Source: Clostridia bacterium (GTDB lineage Bacteria > Bacillota > Clostridia > Christensenellales > UBA1242). Taken from it: DNA of 64,000 nucleotides. The stretch covers positions 43,497 through 107,496 of the forward strand of contig CAADYP010000018.1 in NCBI GenBank assembly GCA_900753315.1, read 5' to 3'. This document shows positions 14,881 through 24,790 of the stretch, piece by piece; position 1 is the stretch's first letter, and every line of letters begins with the position of its first letter. Below the pieces are notes generated by a model. It worked only from the letters and a program-made list of their open reading frames with translations. It ran no database searches and was not told where the DNA came from. The position numbers were made by a program, and so were the translations under genes.

Positions 14881-17844
14881 ATGGCAACGATTGTAATGTG
14901 GGTCGGAATAGGTGTTTTGGCATTATTTCTTTTGATAGGAATGATTGCTGGACTTATTAGAGGTCTCAAAAGATCATCACTTCATATATTGTTTTTGATA
15001 GGAAGTGTTGTTTTGGCATTTTTTATAACGAAACCAATAACAGAACTTATATTGAATTGTAAAATAACTGTTGATGGCTCACAACTCACAATAAGCGAGT
15101 TTATTATTCAACAAATTCAAACAAACTTTGATATTTCAAGTTTTGACACAGCGACAGAATTTTTGTTGAAACTTCCAAATGCAATTGTTTCTCCAATTTT
15201 GTTTATTGTCTTGACTTTTGTGGCCTTTGGGGTTTTTGACATTATTTATTTAATTGTTGCAAGACTTGCTTTTGGTTCAAAGAAGAAAGATTTTGAAAAA
15301 TCAAAACCATATCGTGCTTATGGTGCTCTTGTTGGGATTGTTGAAGGATTTATGTTTTTATTTGTGCTTTTCGCACCACTCTCTTCTTTGACAAAGACAT
15401 ATCAAGAACTTGCTCAACTTCCACCATCAAGCGAAACAACAATGCTAGTCAATGAAGGCGAAGGCGGAGAAGGAACAGATGGCGGAACTCAAGAAAAAAC
15501 AAAAATGAAAACCATTGCGGAAAAATTGAATGAAATGCTTCCAAAAGAAGTCAATGAAGCAATTTTTGCATACAATGATTGTGTTGTTGGAAAGATTGCT
15601 GGTGCTGGTGGACTTGACAATGCACTTTTTGATTATCTCTCAAATTTCAAACTTGAAGGCGAAAAAATTGAATTTAGAAAAGAAATTATTTCAATGGCAG
15701 ATGTTTATGATGACACAGTTGTGATTTACAATTATACTGTTGATAAAAATTATTCTATTATTGATCTTGGATCATTCAAAAAAAGTATTTCAGTTTTTAT
15801 GGACAAAGGAATTTTTAAGACTGTTGTTTCAAATACAGTGAAAGACTTTGTTTTGAAATTTGATGAAGTAAAAGAAAAACTTGGACTTACAGCACTTCCA
15901 CAACTTGTAGAAGATGTTGTGAAAGAGCTTCAAACAAAATTTAGTGAAGAAAATTTTGATATTTACGAATATCTCAAAAATGATGTTTTGCAACTCGTTG
16001 ACACATTGGCAGAAGTGTTTAGAAGTGATATAATAACAAAATTTAATGCTGTTGAAAAAAAGTCTCTTACAAACATTTTGAACGTCGTTGGAGAAAATAA
16101 TGATTCAATCAAAACTATTGTAAAAGATTTCTTCAAATTAAATCTTGTGAAAGATAGTTTCAATTCTTTTGGAAAATTTGCATCAGAAAAACTTTCTGGA
16201 ATATTAAATAATGAAAAAGGACTTGAAATTGCATTAAACACAAACATTGTCGACAAAGAAAAAATGGTAGATGATGTTTTGGCTGCAGTTGACAAATTCT
16301 TGGATTTGGACAAAGTTCTCAATATTTCAAGTTTGTTGGAGTCTACAGATATAATTGCTACTCTCACAAAAATTGACGATTTGGGTGGGGCTCTTGACAA
16401 AGCAGGAGATGCATTTGATACTTTAAGAAATCTTGAAATTTTCGTTTTGCCTGTTACTGAAACAAGACCACAAACAACTTATGTTTTTGACAACATTTTG
16501 AGTTTGTATAATTTGGAAATTTTGAATGATGAAGTTTATTTGACACCAGAAGCGCCTACAAAAACAAAACTTGACACTTACACAAAATTCTTTTCATATA
16601 TAAAACAACCAATAGTAACAGCAAAAGATTTGGGGCTTACTGACATTGGTAAAGAAGGCACAAATTTTGATACTGTTTTGGATAAAATCTTGTTTGGTTT
16701 AAATACAAGAGAAAGTTTGCTTTCAGATATCTTGCTTCCATTCTATCAACTTAAAGCAATGGATTTGAAAACACTTGTATTTGACAATGTTGTTAACCAG
16801 CTGGGTTCAGCAGAAAACACAAATGGACTTTTGAGTTTTGACAAGGTTAAAACGGAAGCCGATGCTGACACAACAAAAGGTGGTGTTGGAGTTTGGAACA
16901 GAGAATTTGTTTTGATAGGTAAAACTTTAAATGCTCTCAATAAAGGAAGTGTGACAGTTGGCACATCAAACAAGACATATTTGAAAGCATTGCTTGACAC
17001 GTCTTCAAATTATGATGACATCTTCAAAGCGATGGTAAATGCAAGCACAAACGATTTTGAAAGTGCACTTGATCCAATCTTTACAGCAGTTTCATTTGAA
17101 GGATTGACAAAAGACATCTTTAACAATGTCGACACATCTATTGGTAACATCACAGGGATCAAACCTACAACTTCTCTTGAAAATCTTTCAAGCACAAAAG
17201 AAAACACAATTTCAACAATCAAGACACTTCTCAAAATCACCTTAAACAGTGAAAACTTGACTCTTCAAGAAATGGGACAAATTTTGGACGCATTGAAAGT
17301 AAATGCTTACAATACTGGCACAAAAGATGGAGTTTTGAATGAAGTCTTTGCAAATATCATTTGGTATATGACAGGTGACGACATTACTGGAACAGGAAAA
17401 TTTTCATCAGGAACACCAAATGAAAATGCAAAAGATGTAAAAGCCTATTTGGAAGTTTCAGCAAGTGACAATTTTGTTGGATATTACACATACGAAAGTT
17501 ATGAAGATGCAATGAAAAAACTTGACGAAACAATCGACTTTGCTACAAGCCTCAACAACAAACTTTCAGGCATAACTCTTGCTGATGATACAATCGCAGA
17601 TTATGTTGCAGGATTCAAATCAGCTTTGGACGAATTGACAGGAAAGACAGAAGAGGAAAAAGTTGAAATAATCAACAACATGAAAAAATTGATTGACAAC
17701 AATGCAGATAGAGCCAACATTCTTTCTGACAGTGACAAAACAACATATGGAAACAGAATTGTTGGGGTAATTGACAGCACAGAAAGTGGACTTTCTGCAA
17801 GCGTTGGAACAGCACTCAAAAACTTGCTTGGACTTGGTGCATAA
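14881..17844 (+). CDS. Large membrane protein: CvpA-like N-terminal TM domain (~170 aa) followed by an ~800-aa non-repetitive domain of unknown function
   Basis: 987 aa with RBS AAGGAGAG. The N-terminus (GVLALFLLIGMIAGLIRGLKRSSLHILFLIGSVVLAFFI plus 2-3 further TM helices) resembles the CvpA/colicin V production family. I recognise no family for the rest. Confidence 0.55.
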   Translation: MATIVMWVGIGVLALFLLIGMIAGLIRGLKRSSLHILFLIGSVVLAFFITKPITELILNCKITVDGSQLTISEFIIQQIQTNFDISSFDTATEFLLKLPNAIVSPILFIVLTFVAFGVFDIIYLIVARLAFGSKKKDFEKSKPYRAYGALVGIVEGFMFLFVLFAPLSSLTKTYQELAQLPPSSETTMLVNEGEGGEGTDGGTQEKTKMKTIAEKLNEMLPKEVNEAIFAYNDCVVGKIAGAGGLDNALFDYLSNFKLEGEKIEFRKEIISMADVYDDTVVIYNYTVDKNYSIIDLGSFKKSISVFMDKGIFKTVVSNTVKDFVLKFDEVKEKLGLTALPQLVEDVVKELQTKFSEENFDIYEYLKNDVLQLVDTLAEVFRSDIITKFNAVEKKSLTNILNVVGENNDSIKTIVKDFFKLNLVKDSFNSFGKFASEKLSGILNNEKGLEIALNTNIVDKEKMVDDVLAAVDKFLDLDKVLNISSLLESTDIIATLTKIDDLGGALDKAGDAFDTLRNLEIFVLPVTETRPQTTYVFDNILSLYNLEILNDEVYLTPEAPTKTKLDTYTKFFSYIKQPIVTAKDLGLTDIGKEGTNFDTVLDKILFGLNTRESLLSDILLPFYQLKAMDLKTLVFDNVVNQLGSAENTNGLLSFDKVKTEADADTTKGGVGVWNREFVLIGKTLNALNKGSVTVGTSNKTYLKALLDTSSNYDDIFKAMVNASTNDFESALDPIFTAVSFEGLTKDIFNNVDTSIGNITGIKPTTSLENLSSTKENTISTIKTLLKITLNSENLTLQEMGQILDALKVNAYNTGTKDGVLNEVFANIIWYMTGDDITGTGKFSSGTPNENAKDVKAYLEVSASDNFVGYYTYESYEDAMKKLDETIDFATSLNNKLSGITLADDTIADYVAGFKSALDELTGKTEEEKVEIINNMKKLIDNNADRANILSDSDKTTYGNRIVGVIDSTESGLSASVGTALKNLLGLGA

Positions 17845-17857
17845 CCCAAAAAGAAAA

Positions 17858-17886
17858 GGTTGCTTGAAAAAGCAATCTTTTTTTGT
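17858..17886 (+). terminator. Rho-independent terminator
   Basis: GGTTGCTT-gaaa-AAGCAATC followed by TTTTTTT. Confidence 0.6.
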
Positions 17887-17934
17887 TTGTCTAAATAAAT
17901 CTTTTGTGCTAAAATGTTTTTCAAAGGAAAGAGA

Positions 17935-18876
17935 ATGGAATTTAAACATATACCAGTGATGTTAAACGAAGTGATAGAAAATTTGGATATAAAACCAAAT
18001 GGAATTTATGTTGACTGCACAGTTGGTGGAGGTGGACATTCTTTTGAAATTGCAAAACGTTTGACAACTGGACATTTATATGCATTCGACAGAGACCAAG
18101 ATGCTATAACAAAAAGCACAAAAACCCTTGAACAATTTTTTGACAAAGTGACTCTAACAAAGGCAAATTACAAAGATGCGCCACAAATTTTGAAAGAAAA
18201 ATATGGTGTGGAAAAGATAGACGGATTTTTGATTGATTTGGGTGTAAGTTCTTATCAAATTGATGCAGGCGATAGAGGATTTAGTTTTGTGCATGATGGC
18301 AGACTTGATATGCGCATGGACAAAGAAGAAAAAACTTTGACGGCAGAAGATATCGTAAACACTTTCTCTTATGAAGATTTGACAAGGATAATGAGAAATT
18401 ACGGAGAGGAAGAATTTGCTTCAAACATTGCAAAAAACATCGTCAAAGAAAGGGAAAAGAATAGAATAGAAACAACCTTCCAACTTCGAGAGATAATTGA
18501 AAACAGCATGCCTAAAAAAGTTGTGTTTTCTCGTGGTGGAGCATCAAAAAAAGTGTTTCAAGCATTGAGAATATATATAAATGGAGAACTTGACGGACTT
18601 GATATTTTGCTTGACGAACTTGTTGACATGCTTGCTCTTGGTGGAAGAGGTTGCGTTTTGACATTTCATAGTCTTGAAGACAGAATAGTAAAAAATGTTT
18701 TCAAACTTGACAGCACTGATTGTATATGTCCGCCAAAAACTCCAATTTGTATTTGTGGACACAAAGCAAAGACAATTTTGGTAAATAGAAAACCAATTAT
18801 TGCGACAGAAGAAGAAAAAAAAGAAAATTCAAGAAGCACATGTGCCAAACTTCGTGTCGTTGAAAAAATCATTTAA
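17935..18876 (+). CDS. rsmH: 16S rRNA (cytosine1402-N4)-methyltransferase
   Basis: ORF trimmed to the ATG at 17935 (RBS AAAGGAAAGAG). Motifs HIPVMLNEV, DCTVGGGGHS, DLGVSSYQID and FHSLEDRIVK. Confidence 0.95.
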   Translation: MEFKHIPVMLNEVIENLDIKPNGIYVDCTVGGGGHSFEIAKRLTTGHLYAFDRDQDAITKSTKTLEQFFDKVTLTKANYKDAPQILKEKYGVEKIDGFLIDLGVSSYQIDAGDRGFSFVHDGRLDMRMDKEEKTLTAEDIVNTFSYEDLTRIMRNYGEEEFASNIAKNIVKEREKNRIETTFQLREIIENSMPKKVVFSRGGASKKVFQALRIYINGELDGLDILLDELVDMLALGGRGCVLTFHSLEDRIVKNVFKLDSTDCICPPKTPICICGHKAKTILVNRKPIIATEEEKKENSRSTCAKLRVVEKII

Positions 18877-18931
18877 AATGTGCTGAATTTGGTTTTTCAA
18901 ACATATAAACAAAAGGAGAAAAATAGAATAT

Positions 18932-19678
18932 ATGGATAGACTTGTTGCAGATATAGAGACTGAAGAAAAAATTGAAACAATAACTACACCTGTGACCGAG
19001 ACAAAGAAAGAAGAAGTTATTGTTCCAAAAATAAAAATAAGACTCAAACAAGAAGTTTCGCAAAAAGAGTCAGAACCAGCAAAAGAGCAGAACTTTGAAG
19101 AAGAAAATTCCGTTTCATCACACAACGCATATATTTCTTCTTTTGGAGATTTGACAGTTGCGGACATAAAAAAACAAGAAGAAGACAAGAGAGTTGAAGA
19201 GTTTAATGCAAAGAAAGATGAATTGTTGAAAAAGCAATTTGAGATTGCGGACAAAAGAGAAGAGAAAGAAGAAAAGCAAGAAGTCTCTCAAAATGTTATA
19301 GAAAAACCCAACTATGATTTGATTGAAGAAAACAGAAAAGTTATCAAACTTAAACAGAGTGACAAAAAGAAAAGAACAAACTCAAAAAAGGTCGCTGGTA
19401 TAGTCATGGCTTGTACTTTGGGAGCAAGTGCTTTGGTGTGTGTTACAAACACAATCATTATTGACAATATGAGTTCAAATTTTACGCAAATTGACGAGAC
19501 ATACAAGATGAACTTGAAGAAATATCTCAAACATATTTACGACCTTGACACAACAAAAAAGAGTATGGAGATGATTGAAACTTATCCAGAAGACATGCTT
19601 GATGCAGGCGATTTGGGGAAGGTTTCAAATTGGTTTGACAGACTTTGCAATTTCATAGTGGGAATGTTTGGAGGTTAG
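18932..19678 (+). CDS. Hypothetical Glu/Lys-rich single-pass membrane protein in the ftsL position (between rsmH and the PBP2B gene)
   Basis: 248 aa with a long acidic/basic N-terminal region, one TM helix (VAGIVMACTLGASALVCVTNTIII) and a short C-terminal domain. The FtsL analogy rests on synteny only. Confidence 0.4.
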   Translation: MDRLVADIETEEKIETITTPVTETKKEEVIVPKIKIRLKQEVSQKESEPAKEQNFEEENSVSSHNAYISSFGDLTVADIKKQEEDKRVEEFNAKKDELLKKQFEIADKREEKEEKQEVSQNVIEKPNYDLIEENRKVIKLKQSDKKKRTNSKKVAGIVMACTLGASALVCVTNTIIIDNMSSNFTQIDETYKMNLKKYLKHIYDLDTTKKSMEMIETYPEDMLDAGDLGKVSNWFDRLCNFIVGMFGG

Positions 19679-19681
19679 ACT

Positions 19682-21577
19682 TTGCAACATTCTTATACTT
19701 TGTTTTCATTGCAAAAGAGAATAAAATCAATCTGTTTGGTGATTTTGCTTGTCTTTTGCAGTTTGAGTGTAAGATTGTTTGTCGTGCAAATAATAAATGG
19801 AAAAGAACTTCAACGAAAGGCAACAGACCAATGGACAAGAGACTTGGTTATGACTGCACCGAGAGGTTCTTTTTTTGATGCTACTGGCGACACGTTGGCT
19901 GTGAGCTACACAACTTATGATGTTTATGCGAGAGGGAGAGAAATAAAAGATTCTCAAACAACAGCAAAGACTTTGTCATCGCTTTTAGACTTAAATTTTG
20001 AAAAAACACTTGAAAAGGTATCAAAGAAAAATATTTCTGAAGTTTTGCTTAAAATGCAAGTGGAAGCGGAAGTTGCAGAGAAAATTTATGATGCAAAACT
20101 TGATGGAATATATTTGACCGAAAATGTAGGAAGATATTATGTTTATGGCAATCTCATGACCCAACTTTTGGGATTCTCTTCAATCGACAACAATGGACAA
20201 GCTGGCCTTGAAGCATATTTAAATGATTATTTGACAGGTGATGAAGGATATAGTTTTGTTCAAAGCGACTTACAAGGGAAAGAGATAGGGGGAAGTATAA
20301 GATATTATGTCAGTGGAATTGCTGGTGATAATGTTATACTTACAGCAAACAGCAAGATCCAACTCATTTTGGAGAGAGTTTTGCAAAATGCATACACAGA
20401 ACAAAAAGCGAAAGGTGTGACTGGAATTGTTATGAATGCCAAAACAAGTGAAATTTTGGCAATTTCTTCAAAACCGAGTTTTGATTTAAACGAACCACCA
20501 CGAGAAGACCTTTCAGCACTTTTTGAACAATCAAAAATGAAGGCTGTAACTGACACTTATGAACCAGGTTCAACTTTTAAAATTTTGACAATTGCCGCAG
20601 CACTTGAAGAAGGGATTACAAACTTAAACGACCATTTTTATTGTCCAGGATTTAGAATTGTTGATGGTCAACGCATAAAATGCTGGAAGTCCATTGGGCA
20701 TGGGAGTCAAACATTGACTGAAGCGTTTGCAAATTCGTGCAACTGTTGTTTTATGGACTTGGCACAAAGACTTGGAGTTGACAAATTTTATTCATATATG
20801 GAAAAATTTGGACTTGGCAAAAAAACTGGAATAACCATCAAAGGTGAAAGTGGTGGAATTTTGATGTCGAAGAAAAATGTAAAAACGGTTGACCTTGCAA
20901 GAATGGGTTTTGGGCACGCCATAGCGGTTACACCTATTCAGCTTTTGTCGATTGTGGCAGGTATAACTGGTGGTGGAATTTGGAAAACACCAACAGTTAT
21001 AAAAGAAATAAAAAATGTGTCAGGACGAGTGACATATTCTCCAAAGATTGAGCAAAGGAGAATAATCTCACAAAAGACAAGTCAAATCGTAAATCAACTT
21101 TTGCAGAAAGCAGAAAACAAGAAAGCGGATTTTTCATTTGTTGAAGGTTACAATGTGGGTGGTAAAACAGGAACGGCACAAAAGTATGACGAAAATGGAT
21201 GTATTGCACAAGGCAAATATATTTCTAGTTTCATAGGGACTTATCCCGCCGATAATCCTGACTATCTTTTTATGATTTTGGTTGACGAACCGAGTGCTGG
21301 TGCTTATTATGGTGCATTGGTTGCGGCGCCTTATGGAAAAAGTTTTTTCAGCAAACTTTTTGAGTTTTATGACATGAAAAAAGACAATGACACAACAGTT
21401 CTTGAAGAAGTCATCATGCCACAAATTGTTGGAATGAGTTTGGCAAATGCTTTGGTAGAAATTAAAAAAGCGGGACTTGAATGTGAGATTGACGGAAGCG
21501 GCGGGGTGGTCAAAGCACAACTTCCGCCAGCAGGCACGAAGATATACAAAGGTAGCACAGTTTTGATTATTACCTAA
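19682..21577 (+). CDS. Class B penicillin-binding protein (FtsI/PBP2B-type transpeptidase) with a C-terminal PASTA domain
   Basis: 631 aa with a TTG start and GGAGG 10 nt upstream. It has an N-terminal TM helix and the active-site motifs STFK (YEPGSTFK), SCN (ANSCNC) and KTGT (GGKTGTA). The PASTA-like C-terminus is MPQIVGMSLANALVEIKKAGLECEIDGSG. Confidence 0.9.
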   Translation: MQHSYTLFSLQKRIKSICLVILLVFCSLSVRLFVVQIINGKELQRKATDQWTRDLVMTAPRGSFFDATGDTLAVSYTTYDVYARGREIKDSQTTAKTLSSLLDLNFEKTLEKVSKKNISEVLLKMQVEAEVAEKIYDAKLDGIYLTENVGRYYVYGNLMTQLLGFSSIDNNGQAGLEAYLNDYLTGDEGYSFVQSDLQGKEIGGSIRYYVSGIAGDNVILTANSKIQLILERVLQNAYTEQKAKGVTGIVMNAKTSEILAISSKPSFDLNEPPREDLSALFEQSKMKAVTDTYEPGSTFKILTIAAALEEGITNLNDHFYCPGFRIVDGQRIKCWKSIGHGSQTLTEAFANSCNCCFMDLAQRLGVDKFYSYMEKFGLGKKTGITIKGESGGILMSKKNVKTVDLARMGFGHAIAVTPIQLLSIVAGITGGGIWKTPTVIKEIKNVSGRVTYSPKIEQRRIISQKTSQIVNQLLQKAENKKADFSFVEGYNVGGKTGTAQKYDENGCIAQGKYISSFIGTYPADNPDYLFMILVDEPSAGAYYGALVAAPYGKSFFSKLFEFYDMKKDNDTTVLEEVIMPQIVGMSLANALVEIKKAGLECEIDGSGGVVKAQLPPAGTKIYKGSTVLIIT

Positions 21578-21623
21578 AAATTTTTGTGCTATGATTGATT
21601 AAATTTTTCTTTTCCTATATAAT

Positions 21624-22355
21624 ATGAATATGATTTATGTAGTTATTGGACTTTTGGTAGCATTTGCGATTTTTGTTTGTTTTGCACTGGCTGTTGCAAG
21701 TTTTTCTTTTGACAACTATTACGAAAACTTGAAAAAGACAAATAAAATGAGAAACGGCTGTGGAGTGTCGACTTTGGATTATGTTGATGAGATAAATGAC
21801 AAATATTTCGACTCAAAACTAAACATTATGCGTTGTCCAGAACATCAAGACCATTACAGTTCGGGTGTAGTTGCTTTGAGTGAAAAAACAATGGCTTCAA
21901 ACAGCTTGGCATCACTTGCGATTGTATCTCACGAACTTGGACATGCACGACAAGACAGTCAAGGAAACAAACTTGTCACACATTGGAAAAGAAAACGCAC
22001 AGGAAGAATAGTTGGATTGTTTTTTATGCCACTTGTGATTACAGGGGCTGTTTTAAGCGTTTTAAATATAGTCAAAGTTTTGCCAGAGCTTTTGTATTTA
22101 ATTTTGGGTCTTTGTTTCTTAGGTGGTGCATTTGTTATTTTTGCATTTTCAATATTTCTCAAAATTAGAGAAATTAAGATTGAAAAAGAAGCATCAGATT
22201 TTGCAGTTGAATATCTTAAAGAAGTCTTGACAACTGACGAAATTAAGATTTGTAGAGATTTTTTAAACAGTGCAAGATTGACTTATTGGGCGAGCCTGTT
22301 TAAGGGTCTTTTGGGTTGGACTTTTCTTACAAAAAACGACAGCATGTTTAAATAA
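21624..22355 (+). CDS. Membrane zinc metallopeptidase (HExxH; Zn_peptidase_2/YpfJ-like family)
   Basis: 243 aa with an N-terminal TM helix, an HELGHARQ zinc-binding motif and two further TM helices. Confidence 0.75.
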   Translation: MNMIYVVIGLLVAFAIFVCFALAVASFSFDNYYENLKKTNKMRNGCGVSTLDYVDEINDKYFDSKLNIMRCPEHQDHYSSGVVALSEKTMASNSLASLAIVSHELGHARQDSQGNKLVTHWKRKRTGRIVGLFFMPLVITGAVLSVLNIVKVLPELLYLILGLCFLGGAFVIFAFSIFLKIREIKIEKEASDFAVEYLKEVLTTDEIKICRDFLNSARLTYWASLFKGLLGWTFLTKNDSMFK

Positions 22356-22370
22356 TGCTGTCATTTTTTA
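22338..22370 (+). terminator. Rho-independent terminator
   Basis: GACAGCA-tgtttaaataa-TGCTGTC followed by ATTTTTT. Confidence 0.6.
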
Positions 22371-22390
22371 TTGTCTTTTAGCTATAGTTT

Positions 22391-22561
22391 TTAGTTGTTT
22401 TTGTCTACAAAACTTTTGCAGAAATGTTTTTGTTCGCCGTTTGGCATACATTCTCCATCGCCAATAGAAACATCGATTTGCATTTTGTTGCAATTGCAAC
22501 CCTTTTCGTTGTAAACGCAATCTTTGACATTGCAACATACACCTTTGTTTATTTGTTCCAT
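22391..22561 (-). CDS. DUF1540-like Cys-rich small protein (56 aa), not in the ORF track
   Basis: Reverse-strand ATG at 22561 with RBS GGAGGTAAAAA. Translation is MEQINKGVCCNVKDCVYNEKGCNCNKMQIDVSIGDGECMPNGEQKHFCKSFVDKNN. The C.V..C.YN....C.....I.V pattern is the DUF1540 signature. Confidence 0.7.
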   Translation of the reverse strand: MEQINKGVCCNVKDCVYNEKGCNCNKMQIDVSIGDGECMPNGEQKHFCKSFVDKNN

Positions 22562-22732
22562 TTTTTACCTCCTTTTGATAGTATCCTTAAATTTAAAAAA
22601 AATATTAAAAAATTGAATTTAAAAATTTTTCTAGCATATAATTTTATTGAGGTGAAAATTGTTGACATTCTAAAATTTTAGGTATAAAATTATTATGTAA
22701 CAAAATTACAAAACTATAAAAGGAGAAATATT

Positions 22733-22954
22733 ATGGCAAAGAAATCTGATTACTTTGGTTTGGGATATGTTGTAAGTCTTATCCTTGCAATCATTCCTGT
22801 AACAGCATGGATTTGTGGAGCAATTACAAGATTTTCTGAAGGAAAAATCGTAGCAGGACTTATTAGACTTATTTTTGGTTTCACTATCGTTTGGATCTGT
22901 GACCTTGTTTTGATGATTACAAACAAGCATATTTTGAGACTTTTGAATGTCTAA
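22733..22954 (+). CDS. Small two-TM membrane protein (73 aa)
   Basis: RBS AAAGGAGAAA and its own terminator (22968-22996). Architecture is similar to the next gene. Confidence 0.55.
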   Translation: MAKKSDYFGLGYVVSLILAIIPVTAWICGAITRFSEGKIVAGLIRLIFGFTIVWICDLVLMITNKHILRLLNV

Positions 22955-22967
22955 TATTTACTAGTAA

Positions 22968-22996
22968 AAAGCAACTCAATTTGAGTTGTTTTTTCA
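22968..22996 (+). terminator. Rho-independent terminator
   Basis: CAACTCAA-tt-TTGAGTTG followed by TTTTTT. Confidence 0.7.
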
Positions 22997-23029
22997 TTAA
23001 AAATCAAAAAAATAAAAGGAGAAAAAAAT

Positions 23030-23263
23030 ATGCAAGAATATATAAACGCTTTTGACAATCTTCCACTTGTTGTAAAAATCATTTTTGCATTACCCATGCT
23101 TGATATTTTGTGGGCAATTTATCGTCTGTGCAAGTCTCTTTCAAAACAAAACACTGTTGGTATTGTGCTTGCAGTTTTGATGTTGATTGTTTGCCCTGCA
23201 CTCTTCTGGCTTGTGGATATCATCACTTTGGCATTTACAGGAAAAGTTCTTTGGATTGACTAA
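23030..23263 (+). CDS. Small two-TM membrane protein (77 aa), probable paralog of 22733..22954
   Basis: RBS AAAGGAGAAAAA. It has the same length class and two-TM hairpin, with a W..D motif in the second helix. Confidence 0.55.
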   Translation: MQEYINAFDNLPLVVKIIFALPMLDILWAIYRLCKSLSKQNTVGIVLAVLMLIVCPALFWLVDIITLAFTGKVLWID

Positions 23264-23321
23264 TTTGGTTTAAAAAATTTAAACAAATTCTTCAAACTTA
23301 AAGAAAAAATAAAAGTGAAAA

Positions 23322-23350
23322 AAACACCTTAATTTTAAGGTGTTTTTTTA
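23322..23350. terminator. Bidirectional terminator (small membrane gene / glyQS)
   Basis: AAACACCTTAA-ttt-TAAGGTGTTT flanked by an A-run and a T-run. Confidence 0.7.
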
Positions 23351-23366
23351 TTTGAAATTTTGAAAA

Positions 23367-24755
23367 CTAAAATTTGATTTTTTCTGCAACATATTTTGAA
23401 ACTTCATCAATAGGAAGACGGATTTGTTCCATTGTGTCACGGTCACGGATAGTTACAGTGTCATTTTCAATTGTGTCGAAGTCGATTGTTACACAGAAAG
23501 GAGTTCCAATTTCGTCTTCACGGCGATATCTCTTTCCGATAGAACCTGCTTCGTCATAGTCACAGTTGAATTCTTTTGAAAGTTTTCTATAAACTTCTCT
23601 TGCCTTTTCTGAAAGTTTTTTAGACAATGGCAAAATTGCAACTTTGTAAGGTGCAAGGGCTGGTTTCAAGTGCAATACAACTCTTGTATCATTTTCGCCA
23701 ACTTCTTCTTCGTCATATGCATTGCAAAGGATTGTCAAAAACATTCTATCCACTCCAAGTGCTGGTTCTACGACATATGGGATATATTTTTCGTTTGTAA
23801 CAGGGTCAATATATTCCATGTTTTCACCGCTAAATTTTTGGTGTTGTGTAAGGTCATAATCTGTTCTGTCTGCAATTCCCCAAAGTTCTCCCCATCCAAA
23901 TGGGAACAAAAATTCAAAGTCGCAAGTTGCTTTGCTGTAGAAACAAAGTTCTTCAGGTGAGTGGTCTCTTTCTCTCAAATTTTCTTTCTTTATTCCAAGG
24001 TCATAGAGCCAATTTCTCATTTGTTCTTTATAGTATTTAAACCACTCAAGGTCTGTGCCTGGTTTGCAGAAAAATTCAAGTTCCATTTGTTCAAATTCAC
24101 GAGTTCTAAAAATGAAATTTCCTGGTGTAATTTCGTTTCTGAAACTTCTTCCCATTTGTGCAATACCAAAAGGCATTCTTGGTCTTTGAGTTCTTACAAC
24201 ATTTTTATAATCCACAAACATTGCTTGTGCGGTTTCTGGTCTCAAATAAACTTCACTCTTTGCATCTTCTGTAACGCCCATAAAAGTTTTAAACATCAAG
24301 TTGAAGTTTCTAAGTCCAGTAAAATTACTTTTCCCACAATTTGGGCATTTTACATGATTTTCAGTAATAAATTTTTCAAGGTCAGCATTTTTCATTTCGC
24401 CAACATTGATGGCAAGGTTGTGTTCTCTTACATAGTTTTCTACCAAATTGTCTGCTCTGTGTCTTGTTTTGCATTCTTTACAGTCAATAAGTGGATCTGA
24501 AAATCCTGCAAGATGTCCACTTGCTTGCCAAACTTTTGGGTTCATGATGATTGCAGCATCAATACCAATGTTGTATTCGTTTTCATGAACAAATCTTTTC
24601 CACCAAAGTTCCTTGATGTTTTTTTTGAGTTCGCTTCCGATTGGACCATAATCCCAACTGTTTGCAAGTCCGCCATAGATTTCGCTTCCTGGGAAAACAA
24701 ATCCTCTTGCTTTGCAAAGATTTACGATTTTGTCCATTGTCAAATTTTCTTTCAT
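23367..24755 (-). CDS. glyQS: Glycine--tRNA ligase (alpha2-type GlyQS)
   Basis: ORF trimmed to the ATG at 24755 (RBS AAAAAGGAGAAAA). N-terminus [34 protein letters not shown], class II motif 2 [25 protein letters not shown] and the glycyl-tRNA synthetase C-terminal anticodon-binding domain. Confidence 0.95.
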   Translation of the reverse strand: MKENLTMDKIVNLCKARGFVFPGSEIYGGLANSWDYGPIGSELKKNIKELWWKRFVHENEYNIGIDAAIIMNPKVWQASGHLAGFSDPLIDCKECKTRHRADNLVENYVREHNLAINVGEMKNADLEKFITENHVKCPNCGKSNFTGLRNFNLMFKTFMGVTEDAKSEVYLRPETAQAMFVDYKNVVRTQRPRMPFGIAQMGRSFRNEITPGNFIFRTREFEQMELEFFCKPGTDLEWFKYYKEQMRNWLYDLGIKKENLRERDHSPEELCFYSKATCDFEFLFPFGWGELWGIADRTDYDLTQHQKFSGENMEYIDPVTNEKYIPYVVEPALGVDRMFLTILCNAYDEEEVGENDTRVVLHLKPALAPYKVAILPLSKKLSEKAREVYRKLSKEFNCDYDEAGSIGKRYRREDEIGTPFCVTIDFDTIENDTVTIRDRDTMEQIRLPIDEVSKYVAEKIKF

Positions 24756-24790
24756 AATTTTCTCCTTTTTTGTGATTGCACAGGAAAAAC

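Noticed and set aside
17845-17934. Possible mraZ upstream of rsmH
   Set aside because: Only 90 bp are available, occupied by a terminator hairpin and the RBS. No ORF of adequate size is present.
22424-22681. Listed 85-aa plus-strand ORF
   Set aside because: It is antisense to a much better supported DUF1540-like small gene (strong RBS, family-typical Cys pattern). The plus ORF has no RBS and runs into AT-rich intergenic sequence.
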